A stretch of DNA of 63,687 nt, the filler included, from Octopus bimaculoides (Eukaryota), in NCBI RefSeq assembly GCF_001194135.2. It is 10 parts of 10 records of this genome, joined end to end, with 100 filler letters (N's around TTAATTAATTAA, not from the genome) between each part and the next. Parts side by side here need not be neighbours in the genome. Positions count along the whole stretch, not along the records: positions 48,290 to 61,894 come from NC_068982.1; positions 61,995 to 63,687 come from NW_026319026.1; 8 more parts are not named here. One strand, given 5' to 3'. The first letter of the stretch is position 1, and each line of letters begins with the position of its first letter. Made by a program: the position numbers and the translations under genes. A model generated the notes under the pieces. That model had not been told where the DNA came from. It was given only the letters and a program-made list of their open reading frames with translations, and ran no database searches. Of this stretch, positions 51,524-63,230 are shown in pieces.

Positions 51524-51607
51524 CAGTAATCTCTCGCTATATCGCGGTTCGCCTATCGCGCGCTCAGTAATAGTAATCGGCCCGATGTAATAGTAGAAGA
51601 TACTTGC
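51524..51607 (+). mobile_element. Tigger/pogo-like element left end
   Basis: TA then CAGTAATCTCTCGCTATATCGCGGTTCGCCTATCGCG, a typical Tigger-type terminus (recalled); runs into a gap. Confidence 0.55.
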
Positions 51608-52394
51608 NNNNNNNNNNNNNNNNNNNNNNNNNNNNNNNNNNNNNNNNNNNNNNNNNNNNNNNNNNNNNNNNNNNNNNNNNNNNNNNNNNNNNNNNNNNNN
51701 NNNNNNNNNNNNNNNNNNNNNNNNNNNNNNNNNNNNNNNNNNNNNNNNNNNNNNNNNNNNNNNNNNNNNNNNNNNNNNNNNNNNNNNNNNNNNNNNNNNN
51801 NNNNNNNNNNNNNNNNNNNNNNNNNNNNNNNNNNNNNNNNNNNNNNNNNNNNNNNNNNNNNNNNNNNNNNNNNNNNNNNNNNNNNNNNNNNNNNNNNNNN
51901 NNNNNNNNNNNNNNNNNNNNNNNNNNNNNNNNNNNNNNNNNNNNNNNNNNNNNNNNNNNNNNNNNNNNNNNNNNNNNNNNNNNNNNNNNNNNNNNNNNNN
52001 NNNNNNNNNNNNNNNNNNNNNNNNNNNNNNNNNNNNNNNNNNNNNNNNNNNNNNNNNNNNNNNNNNNNNNNNNNNNNNNNNNNNNNNNNNNNNNNNNNNN
52101 NNNNNNNNNNNNNNNNNNNNNNNNNNNNNNNNNNNNNNNNNNNNNNNNNNNNNNNNNNNNNNNNNNNNNNNNNNNNNNNNNNNNNNNNNNNNNNNNNNNN
52201 NNNNNNNNNNNNNNNNNNNNNNNNNNNNNNNNNNNNNNNNNNNNNNNNNNNNNNNNNNNNNNNNNNNNNNNNNNNNNNNNNNNNNNNNNNNNNNNNNNNN
52301 NNNNNNNNNNNNNNNNNNNNNNNNNNNNNNNNNNNNNNNNNNNCGAACAAATCGATCCCAATACAAATTTTAAAATCTGCTATTTATTCTAAGC

Positions 52395-53062
52395 AACATT
52401 GGTCTCAAAATTTTCACAAGGCCAGCAATTTTGGTGGAGGGAGCTATTCGAATATATTGACCCCAGTGCTTAACTGATACTTATTTTATCGACCCCCTAA
52501 AGGTGGCAAGGTAAAGTGAACCTCGGTGAAATTTGAACTCAGAAATGCCGCTTAGTATTTCGCCTGGCGTAGTAACAATCCAACCAGTTCACCGCCTTAT
52601 GTTAGAAGGCAATGTTAATCATCACGTTAGGCAGCGAACTGATAGAATGGTTAGTACGTCGAGGGAAATACTTAGAGGCATTCTGTCTGTCTTCTCAAAT
52701 CTCGGTGAGGTTGACTTTGCTTTTATCTTTCCGGGTCGATAAGATAAATACCAGTTGAGCACTCGGGTCGAATTAATCGGCTTGGCCCCTTCTCCAAGCT
52801 ACTGGTCTTGTGCCAAAACTCGAAAGCAATATTAATCATCATATTTACAGCGGCGAGCTGGCAGAATCCTTACTACGCCGAGAAAAATGCTTAGTTGCAT
52901 TTCGTCTGTCCTTACGTTGTGTGTTCAAATTCCACCGATGTTGACTTTGCCTTTAATCTTATTGAGGTCGATGAAATAAGTACCAGTTGATCATTGGGGC
53001 CGATGCAATCGACTTACCCACTCCTCTGAAGTTGCTGGCCTTGTGTCAAAATGCTAAACCAA
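52395..53062. mobile_element. Cluster of three F2 SINEs (minus 52395-52580; plus 52625-52830; plus 52848-53062)
   Basis: Each has the F2 core and a cttgtgccaaaa-type tail. Confidence 0.8.
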
Positions 53063-53344
53063 TATAAGCACCAATATAAACATCATATAAGCAGCGTGAT
53101 GTCGCGAACATGGAAGACTATCGAAATAAATAAATTGCGGTAAGGTGATTCTGTGCTAAATTTGCACCTGACCCCGAGTCAACATTGTCTTTCATCTTCA
53201 CGGGATTGATAAAATATGTACCATTCACCTACTGGGAATATATAATTCTCTATACATATATCGCAAACGCGAAATACCGTGTCCATCTTTGAAATCAATG
53301 TTAAATTGCAAAGAATATCATATAAAGTGTCTGTATGATTTTGA

Positions 53345-53487
53345 AGCTGGCTTGCCAACCATGTGCTTTTGAATTCAGCCCCACTGCGCCGCAGTTATGG
53401 CTGGTGACTTCTGCTATAGCCCCGGGCCAATCAAAGGCTTCAAAACTGATTTGTTAGACAGAAACTAGAAGAAGCCTGCCGTGTATA

Positions 53488-53518
<31 letters not shown>
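53345..53518 (+). mobile_element. SINE family F1, degenerate head plus start of microsatellite
   Basis: gcttgccaaccatgtgc...ctatagccccgggccaatcaaaggc...gacagaaactagaagaagcctgccgtg. Confidence 0.7.
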
Positions 53519-54023
53519 NNNNNNNNNNNNNNNNNNNNNNNNNNNNNNNNNNNNNNNNNNNNNNNNNNNNNNNNNNNNNNNNNNNNNNNNNNNNNNNNNN
53601 NNNNNNNNNNNNNNNNNNNNNNNNNNNNNNNNNNNNNNNNNNNNNNNNNNNNNNNNNNNNNNNNNNNNNNNNNNNNNNNNNNNNNNNNNNNNNNNNNNNN
53701 NNNNNNNNNNNNNNNNNNNNNNNNNNNNNNNNNNNNNNNNNNNNNNNNNNNNNNNNNNNNNNNNNNNNNNNNNNNNNNNNNNNNNNNNNNNNNNNNNNNN
53801 NNNNNNNNNNNNNNNNNNNNNNNNNNNNNNNNNNNNNNNNNNNNNNNNNNNNNNNNNNNNNNNNNNNNNNNNNNNNNNNNNNNNNNNNNNNNNNNNNNNN
53901 NNNNNNNNNNNNNNNNNNNNNAGAAGCTGTGGACCAAGAGGTCCAGTAGGTTGTGGGCTCGTTTGAAGGAGGGGAGGGGTCGATTAGGGAAGATGTATGT
54001 ATGTATGTATGTATGTATGTATG

Positions 54024-54176
54024 TATATGTTAATGCAATTGAAACAATTGTTGGATTTATAAGGTGTGATCTAAAATAAAGATATGATTTTCTTCGTACA
54101 TATTATTGATGATTGTTATATGTAGATATATACAACCTTAAAAATCCAACAATTGTTTCAATTACATTAACATATA
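54024..54176. mobile_element. Small MITE with ~41-bp TIRs
   Basis: tatatgttaatgcaattgaaacaattgttggatttataagg / ccttaaaaatccaacaattgtttcaattacattaacatata; flanked by inverted (TATG)n/(CATA)n. Confidence 0.75.
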
Positions 54177-54234
54177 CATACATACACACATACATACATA
54201 CATATATGTACGTATGTATGTATGCATGTTTGTG

Positions 54235-54455
54235 TGTGTGTGTGTGTGCCATTGTGTTTGTCCACCCCACCGCTTGACAACGGATGCTGGTTTGTTTATG
54301 CGTTCGTAACTTAGCGGCTCGGCCAAAGAACCGATAGAATAAGTATCAAGCTGAAGAAATATAAGTATTGGGTTCAGTCTGTTCGATTAAGCTCTTCAAG
54401 GCAATGCCTTGGTATGGCCACTGTCTATTAACAGAAACAAATAAAACGATAAAAG
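54235..54455 (+). mobile_element. SINE family F1, tail
   Basis: ccgcttgacaacggatgctgg...gtaacttagcggctcggcc...gaaacaaataaaa. Confidence 0.75.
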
Positions 54456-54958
54456 AAGACTACAACATCATCGATTTTGATCGAACCACACATTTACAGG
54501 CAATAAGAAAATCAGGTGACTAAACCTTACAATAACACTGTGCAACAAAACTGTAATTTCATTTTTGTCTTTGGTCAGTAGATGTTATTTTCTATTTGCT
54601 TCTATCTAGGAATCAAAGGAAATGACTACTATTCCTTTCAAACTTTGCTTTTGTGACCTGGACATCAATGTTTTGAAACTGACCTATTTTCGTTTACATT
54701 TCAGACAGATTCAGCGTTGAGTTACTGAAGCAGAAATGTCGTTATAGCAAAGATCCTGCTCAATACTTGTCAGTTGCTTGATCTTAACTACTTGAGCATG
54801 TCCCTTAGTGGCTGACAATAAGTGCATCTCTGATCATGAGCAGAAGTAATGGGGGAGCATCATAGGCAAGTGTTGAGAGGGGTTCTTTGGGTTTGAATAA
54901 ATGTAAGAAAAGCAAAGTTTGAAGGAAATATTAACTATTTTTTAAATACTTTCTAGGG

Positions 54959-55345
54959 CTTGTTGTTGGCACTCCATCGCTTACGACGTCAAGGGTTCCA
55001 GTTGATCCGATCAATGGAACAGCCTGCTCATGAAATTAACGTGCAAGTGGCTGAGCACTCCACAGACACGTGTACCCTTAACGTAGTTCTCGGGGATATT
55101 CAGCGTGACACAGAGTGTGACAATGCTGACCTTTTGAATTACAGGCACAACAGAAACAGGAAGTAAGAGTGAGAGAAAGTTGTGGTGAAAGAGTACAGCA
55201 AGGTTCGCCACCATCCCTTGCCGGAGCCTCGTGGAGGTTTAGGTGTTTTCGCTCAATAAACACTCACAACGCCTGGTCTGGGAATCGAAACCGCGATCCT
55301 ATGACCTCGAGTCCGCTGCCCTAACCACTGAGCCATTGCGCCTCC
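54959..55345 (-). mobile_element. SINE family F3, full length with 9-bp TSD
   Basis: TSD tttctaggg at 54950-54958 and 55346-55354; tRNA-like head on minus; (CAA)n-like tail. Confidence 0.9.
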
Positions 55346-55815
55346 TTTCTAGGGGTAAGCAAATAGGAAATAACAGCTGCTAACCAAGAAAAAAATTGTA
55401 TTACACAGTGTTATTTTCCTTTTCAGAATAAAGCCTTTAGATATTTAACTATTTACTGGAAATTTGCTTCGATCTACATAATGTTTCACAAAGGTTCATT
55501 AAAAATTTATATGGAATTAATGCAAATACAGATAGAGAAATCGATACTTATTAATATAGTTCACAACTTTTATTTCCATTTAGCTAATCCAGCACAATGT
55601 ATTTAAATCATAATGTGGCAGTTTTTCCTCCGCTTCTCATATCATAACCAACCCGTTGAGTTTGAAACAGATCAAATTCAGGAAGCAAAAATATGAAGTT
55701 TCTGGGATTTCTTACATTCAGTAAAACCCCAAGTTAACTATATTGACAAGGTTGCGTTTGCAAGTACGAGTTTTACATTGCTCCAGTCTATTCAAAAAGG
55801 AGTAGTACCTGTATT

Positions 55816-56827
55816 TCAAAGGAATAAATGATAATCAGATGGGGCAATGTCCGGCGAATATGGTGCATCGTTTCCAGTTTCAAACTGCCCCAGCCTTTGG
55901 AATGTCATCATCGCTGTATGTGGCCGAGCATTATCCTGATATAAGAGCATCTTTCGTCTTGAAACCAAAGATGGTCGTTTTTCTTCTAGCGCTGACTTAA
56001 GCCGCTCAAGTTTCTCGCAGTAGATCTCCTTTATTATCCTTTGGTTTGGGTTCAAAAGTTCAAAGTGAGCTAAAGCTTTTATATCATATCAAACAGATAA
56101 CAACACCGTACATGGGTGAAAACCTTCTTTAAGCCTAGGGTGCCGCTGTTCCTCCTTTCCCTACTCACTGTCTTCGGCGCATCACATTTTTATAGACAAC
56201 CCATTTCTCGTTACCAGTCACTATTCGGTTCAAAAAAGGCTCATTCCTGAGACATGACAGCAAAGAGCACATATTCACTCTCTGCGCGTGTTTAGACTCG
56301 GAAAGTTTGTGAGGTCCCCATTTGCTGACTTTTCCGATAGCATGCAGCTGTCGAGGAATGATTGAATGAGAAAATCCAAGCTTTTCTGCTAGTTTCTCAA
56401 CAGTTAGAATGAGATTTTGTTCCACCAGGGTTTGCAGGATGTCCTCATCAAGCTCTACAGATATTCCAGGACGAGGATCGTCTTCTAGGCTGTAGTTTTC
56501 GGCTCGGAATTTCTGTAACCACCATTGACACTGACTTACGCTTATTGTCCGATCCCCATATACTGCATCAATATTCCTCACATTGTTGCCTTTATTGAAC
56601 TCATAAAGTAAAATATGCTGAATATGCTCCTTTGTCACTTCCGTTATAGCTTTGAAAATATAACTGTTAAAATCGAACTGCACTCTTCAGGACTTGCTCT
56701 AAGAATAAGTACACCGTAAAATTACTGTCTGCTTTTATAGCAAGCTGATGCAGATAGTTTATCCCGTCCTCCTCCAACTTTTAGTACATGCAATTGAAAA
56801 ATACGCTTCACTTATGGGATGGCCCAA
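55816..56827 (-). mobile_element. Mariner element, 3'-truncated; transposase pseudogene
   Basis: ITR tattgggccatcccataagt; ORFs 56683-56165 (HILLYEFNKG...KWGPHKL...IVTGNEKWVVYKN) and 56055-55816 (YQDNARPH...YSPDIAPSDYHLF) carry the mariner WVPHEL-like, HDNARPH and YSPDLAP motifs; frameshifted, first catalytic D replaced by N. Confidence 0.92.
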
Positions 56828-56849
56828 TACACACACAAAGTGTTTATTG

Positions 56850-57343
56850 CGACTTTAACGTTGGTATTCTCTAAGAGGCGATAATACAGTTATTTTAACT
56901 CCATGAAGACGTCTTCAGCTGGTTTATTCTGTGGTCTCTTGTACTCGATATTCCTAGCAAGTGGGAGAAAACTCGTGCCACTCAAGCTCCGAGACCACTA
57001 GATCACATGATTTCTATCTTACTTTATCACTTCAGTGGTAGGCACTCGTACTCCAGGTATTGCATTAGTCTGACGACGCTGGCAATATATAAAAAAATAC
57101 AGTGTCATGCAATCACTGATCTTGTAACTAGCAAACTAGTCCGTTAAAAACTCTCTGTTCATGATAGAAACAGTGCCCGAACCAAAACGTAGTATTTATC
57201 GCCACTTTAACGTGGCTACTCTCTTAAAACCGAAGATACTGCTATTTTAACCCCAGGAAGACATCTCGACCTGTTTTATCCAGTGCGCTCTTACGTTCAA
57301 TATTCATTGCAAGCGGGAGAAAACTCATGCCACCCTAGCTCCG

Positions 57344-57345
<2 letters not shown>
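56850..57345. repeat. Diverged ~155-bp direct repeat pair (56850-57010, 57190-57345)
   Basis: ctttaacgt...tattttaac...ggaagac...gcaag(t/c)gggagaaaactc(g/a)tgccac..agctccga shared. Confidence 0.7.
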
Positions 57346-57380
<35 letters not shown>

Positions 57381-58140
57381 GACACACAGACACACACAAA
57401 CACACGTACGTGTGAACATGATGTTTGCACATATATTGTTGGCAAGTTATCTGCCATAATCGAGCTTACGTATGATCACAAGTAACGAAACCACGAACAT
57501 AATGCATCTATACTTTCATTATCTAATGTGTCCTACGGTAACTGAGCGAGTTTTGATAAAGAAACTGTTATTTCTAGGTAGACTATTGTTCCCCTAGAGG
57601 TTACTTAATGGGTGTTGCGATATTTTAAACCTTAGTATAGATAGTGCATAAAACATGTAGTAACTACATTTTTTTCCAATAACCCAATAAATTTCGGGAT
57701 AAGCCATTAAGCAAATTTAGCGAAATCCCATTCATGGACCGTATCTTCTCTTTCCTTTGACACCACGAAGATAGGGCGGGGATAGAGTTTNNNNNNNNNN
57801 NNNNNNNNNNNNNNNNNNNNNNNNNNNNNNNNNNNNNNNNNNNNNNNNNNNNNNNNNNNNNNNNNNNNNNNNNNNNNNNNNNNNNNNNNNNNNNNNNNNN
57901 NNNNNNNNNNNNNNNNNNNNNNNNNNNNNNNNNNNNNNNNNNNNNNNNNNNNNNNNNNNNNNNNNNNNNNNNNNNNNNNNNNNNNNNNNNNNNNNNNNNN
58001 NNNNNNNNNNNNNNNNNNNNNNNNNNNNNNNNNNNNNNNNNNNNNNNNNNNNNNNNNNNNNNNNNNNNNNNNNNNNNNNNNNNNNNNNNNNNNNNNNNNN
58101 NNNNNNNNNNNNNNNNNNNNNNNNNNNNNNNNNNNNNNNN

Positions 58141-58191
<51 letters not shown>

Positions 58192-58202
58192 TGTAAGCAA
58201 TG

Positions 58203-58238
<36 letters not shown>

Positions 58239-58532
58239 TTTTACAGCATACACATGCATATGTCTGCACACACAAGCACACATACGCCACATACACACGC
58301 ACAATCAATCATATATACATAAATATACGTACATATATATTTACATGGTCACGCTTGCACACACATTCATGTGTGCGCGTGTGTATGTGTGTGTATGCGT
58401 ACGTACGTTTGTGTGTGTCTCTCTCTATGTGTGTGTATACGTATGTGTTACACGTGTACACACAAAACACAAGCACGAATGTTGTGTATACGTGCACACA
58501 CATACAAACAGATATACACACACGCACACGCG

Positions 58533-58587
<55 letters not shown>

Positions 58588-59152
58588 ACGGTGTATTAAA
58601 TGCACACGCATATACACATGCACGCAGACACTTATATAATTAAAAGTAACAAACCATTTATTTTCTCTCTAAAAAAGAAAAAAAAATAACCTCAAAGTTC
58701 TAAAAAGAAAACAACCACATAGAAAGCCCCGACAACAGGAATTATATAAAAACACAAAAAAGACCCTCCCCCCAAAAAAGCAAACAAACCGACAAAACAA
58801 TAAAAATAGCCCTACGTTATCCAACAACAAAACGAAGCAGAACTGCAAAGCAAATATATGGCATAACAAAAATATCTATAATTAAATAAAATAGGAATCG
58901 ATAGATAAATTGCAAAGGATAGCAATAACAAAGACCACCACCACCACCACCACCACCACCACTACCACCACTACCACCGCCACCATCACCCACCAGTATA
59001 TCATCAACAACAACGGTGATGTCCACAGCAACCAGTAACACTACCATTACTGTGCCAGCACAACTATGGAAGAATAGAAAGTAAAAAAACAAAACAAAAC
59101 AAAAAAGCAACAGAACAAATCTAAATTAAAAAACTCAAAACGTAAAAGTAAA

Positions 59153-59183
<31 letters not shown>

Positions 59184-59207
59184 CGTAGCAGCAGCAACAG
59201 TAGCAAT

Positions 59208-59576
59208 GATATTGATCTCGAATTTTGGCACAAGGTCAGTAATATCGGGGGAGGAGGTAAGCCAATTAAATCAATCCCAGTATTCAACTGGTACTTATTT
59301 TATCGCCCCCCCCCCACTGAAAGGATGAAAGGCAAAGTCGGCCTCGACGGAATTTGAACTTAGAGCTTACTACGGACGAAATGCCGCTAAGCATTTTGTC
59401 CGGCGTGCTAATGATTCTGCCAGTTTTGCCGCCTAAACAGAAGGGAAAGTATTGATAGCGGTAATAAGGCGGTGAGCTGGTAAAACCGTTAACACGCCGG
59501 ACCAAATACTTAGCGGCATTTCGTCCGTAGTAAGCTCTAAGTTCAAATTCCGTCGAGGTTGACTTTGCCTTTCATT
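59208..59576. mobile_element. Head-to-head F2 SINE pair (minus 59208-59435, plus 59466-59576)
   Basis: Inverted arrangement with a ~31-bp spacer; 59342-59391 and 59509-59558 are exact reverse complements. Confidence 0.9.
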
Positions 59577-59824
59577 TTATGTATTACAGACTTTTATAAT
59601 CCCAGATATTGTGATCATTTGTAGCATATAAATTAAGGACTTGCCTTCTCTCTACAAGATCCCAAGTTCAGCCATACTTTACTCCAAACGAGTTGGTATG
59701 TATCCTGTTGCTCCAATAATAACAAGTGCTGAAGGTGTGTCTTGGGTACAGGATTATGAATGATCCATCGATGGCCTCTTTCTCTTTTGTTTGTGTGTTT
59801 GTTTGTATGTATGTATGTATGTGT

Positions 59825-60028
59825 GGAGGCGCAATGGCCCAGTGGTTAGGGCAGCGGACTCGCGGTCATAGGATCGCAGTTTCGATTCCCAGACCGGGCG
59901 TTGTGAGTGTTTATTGAGCGAAAACACCTAAAGCTCCACGAGGCTCCGGCAGGGGATGGTGGCGAACCCTGCTGTACTCTTTCACCACAACTTTCTCTCA
60001 CTCTTACTTCCTGTTTCTGTTGTGCCTG
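59825..60028 (+). mobile_element. SINE family F3, 5' half (runs into gap)
   Basis: ggaggcgcaatggcccagtggttagggcagcggactcgcggtc...gtttcgattcccagaccgggcg. Confidence 0.85.
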
Positions 60029-60436
60029 NNNNNNNNNNNNNNNNNNNNNNNNNNNNNNNNNNNNNNNNNNNNNNNNNNNNNNNNNNNNNNNNNNNNNNNN
60101 NNNNNNNNNNNNNNNNNNNNNNNNNNNNNNNNNNNNNNNNNNNNNNNNNNNNNNNNNNNNNNNNNNNNNNNNNNNNNNNNNNNNNNNNNNNNNNNNNNNN
60201 NNNNNNNNNNNNNNNNNNNNNNNNNNNNNNNNNNNNNNNNNNNNNNNNNNNNNNNNNNNNNNNNNNNNNNNNNNNNNNNNNNNNNNNNNNNNNNNNNNNN
60301 NNNNNNNNNNNNNNNNNNNNNNNNNNNNNNNNNNNNNNNNNNNNNNNNNNNNNNNNNNNNNNGAAGGTTGTGAGAAAAAATGCTATAAAATATATATTCT
60401 CCCTTCTCATCAAGCTTTGAGGGTTAAGCATCATTT

Positions 60437-60652
60437 GGTGGAGGTACATAAGCTTTGTGGTTAAGGTGTTGGACCCATGATCGTAAGATTGTGGTTTAGA
60501 TTCCTGAACCAAGCAACGCGTTGTGTGCTTGAGTAAAACATCGATTCACGTTGCTCCAGTTCACTCAGCTGGCAAAAATGAGTAAACCTGCGACGGACTG
60601 GTGTCTCGTTCATGTGAGGAATAGATATACGCCATAGAAACCAGGAAACTGT
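60437..60652 (+). mobile_element. Old tRNA-derived SINE with V-domain-like segment
   Basis: tgtggttaaggtgttggac...gtttagattcct head; gctccagttcactcagctg; gcgacggactggtgtctcgttca and atagaaaccaggaaac resemble the V-SINE domain (recalled). Confidence 0.5.
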
Positions 60653-61226
60653 TGTGTCGACGCCCCCAAGCGAAGAAGTTGGATGGACCAAGACATATAA
60701 TTAGAGGGAGTCTGACCGTGGTAGAGGGTCGAGTGACTGTTGAGTAGCAGTCGAGTAGAGATCATCCGAAGGTGCTAGATAGCAGTAGCTTGAGACATAA
60801 CACAAACCCACCCTGATGAGTCGCCATGATTCGAGAAAGTGAAAGTAACTTCACTTTTACCTTTTAAACACTAAGAGGGTTTTTTCAGGTTTTTATTGCG
60901 CCACTTATGATTATTATCTGTATCGCATGAAATATGGAAATAAGCTCTTTCTTTAAGAGTCCAAGATCAGCTATACTTTGATTTAGGTTGGGTGACACAT
61001 ATTCTGTCGCTCCAATAATAATGAAGCGACAGATATAAAGCTGAAAGCGTATTTTGGAAATTGGATTTTACCGCTACTTATTCAAGAGTTGATAGATGAC
61101 TTCGTCCTCCATTTTAATTCTTAACTTTTCCATGTCAAATGAACAACCGAAATCCAGATCACCAGAATAGAATATGTCGCGACATTGTGCTCGGAACCAT
61201 TTATGTAAGTATGTATGTGTATTTTA

Positions 61227-61323
<97 letters not shown>

Positions 61324-61845
61324 TGTGTGTGCGTGTGTTTAAATCTGTGCATATATGTACAGACACATAAGTACACGCTCACTCCCTCATTCATTACGCA
61401 AGCACACACATACACGCAGCACATGTTTACAAATAATAGCACACTTCTGCATATGTACTTACATGCCTACCTAGCACATTCCACATTCTCATTTTCCCTT
61501 TCTCCATACTTTTCCATAATACAATATTACATACATGCATACATACATACATATATTCATACATACATACATGTGTGTGTTTGTATGAGTGTGAGTGTGT
61601 ATGTGTGTGATATTAGATATGCATACACTTACGGTTTACATGCGTAGGTACGTGCGTTTATATTTATGGATATGTATAAGCACATGGAAAAGGAAATAAA
61701 AAAATACAGTTTTGAAAGTAATTTGCTCGGAATTCAAGTAAGTGTGACTTAGAGCAGTTGGAAATGTCGAATATGGCAAAACAGAGTAACATCATACATT
61801 ACTCTCACTCCTTTAACATAGCTATGCATACAGACACGGACATAT

Positions 61846-61894
<49 letters not shown>

Positions 61895-62059
61895 NNNNNN
61901 NNNNNNNNNNNNNNNNNNNNNNNNNNNNNNNNNNNNNNTTAATTAATTAANNNNNNNNNNNNNNNNNNNNNNNNNNNNNNNNNNNNNNNNNNNNTAAACA
62001 ACGTTCCACATCAGGCTAGCCAGATGGAAATATAGTGGATAACTCGATTATATTCTTTT

Positions 62060-62352
62060 CTCCTCTAGGCACAAAGCCCGAAATTTTGGGGGAGGGAGCC
62101 AGTCGAATAGCTCAACCCAATACATAACTGGTACTTANNNNNNNNNNGGGGAGGGAGCCAGTCGAATAGCTCAACCCAATACATAACTGGTACTTAACTG
62201 ATCGACCCTGAAAGGATGAAAGGCAAATTCGATCTCGGCAGAATTTGAACTCAGAACGTAAAGACAGANNNNNNNNNNTCAGAACGTAAAGACAGACGAA
62301 ATATCGTTAAGCATTTCGCCCGACTTGCTAACGTTTCTGACAGCTTACCGCC
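62060..62352 (-). mobile_element. SINE family F2 (tail B), with assembly overlap duplications
   Basis: ctctaggcacaaagccc tail, core and head; duplicated segments flank 10-N spacers. Confidence 0.8.
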
Positions 62353-62514
62353 TTGATAACTCGATTATATTGTAGCACGAATCCATACAGCCTTTGANNN
62401 NNNNNNNCGCCTTGATAACTCGATTATATTGTAGCACGAATCCATACAGCCTTTGATCATGACTTTTACATACTTTGGAAATGTCTTAGCAACGATCTCG
62501 CTCGAAAATCCTAC

Positions 62515-62690
62515 GGGAGCCAGTCAGGCGGTACTGNNNNNNNNNNNNNNNNNNNNNNNNNNNNNNNNNNNNNNNNNNNNNNNNNNNNNNNNNNNNNNNN
62601 NNNNNNNNNNNNNNNNNNNNNNNNNNNNNNNNNNNNNNNNNNNNNNNNCTTGGCTTGCCGGGTCTTCTCACGCACAGCACATTTCCACCA
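62515..62690 (-). mobile_element. RTE 3' UTR fragment
   Basis: tggcttgccgggtcttctcacgcacagcacatttcc matches 25250-25285; gccagtcaggcggtactg matches 22288-22306. Confidence 0.65.
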
Positions 62691-62739
62691 AATATTAAAA
62701 AAAATTATTTATTGTAATTAGTTGTGTTAGATTTTACTT

Positions 62740-63230
62740 TTATGTAAAATGTATTCGATTGCTTTTGGCTCTTTAGACAGGCCCCTAATTTTTACAATAG
62801 TAATTCAGTGCTATCATTGCAAATCATTTAACTTCCATGCATTTGTCAAAGTCTGAATTGCTTTCTTTAAGGACGAGTTATTTGATAAAGTATAAAGTCC
62901 TTCCCACAAGTTATCTGGCACTAAATCTGTTTGTAGAGGAGTGTTTTTTTCTTTGCTATCTGACCTAACATTTGTGGTTTTGTTAACCCCTTAAGGTCAT
63001 CATTCGTAAAAGTCTCATTATCAGCATGTAATAAACCTTGAATGTCACCTGTATCAACTCTTTCAAATCCCACTTCCTGTATCATTTTCACAAGATTACT
63101 TCCAAACTCTATCGCTTTCTTTAACTGCATTTGGACGTTTTTCTTTGAACCTCAATAAGGCTTGTATAATAATTTCTGCTTGGCAGGCAGATGTTTTTCA
63201 TGAATCATTGCAATGAAGTGATATTTTCTT
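62740..63230 (-). mobile_element. Tigger/pogo-like transposase C-terminal remnant
   Basis: NLVKMIQEVGFERVDTGDIQGLLHADNETFTNDDLKGL resembles Tigger IVxxAKxxGFExxDxxDIxELLxxxxxELTNEDL; N.S*KNIC lies upstream. Confidence 0.55.

Noticed and set aside
59825-59900. tRNA-like sequence with A and B boxes (also 28920, 40296, 42774, 55270-55345)
   Set aside because: It continues directly into SINE body sequence in every copy; these are SINE heads, not tRNA genes.
62090-62460. Three short tandem duplications around 10-N spacers
   Set aside because: Identical sequence on both sides of a minimal gap is an unmerged contig overlap.
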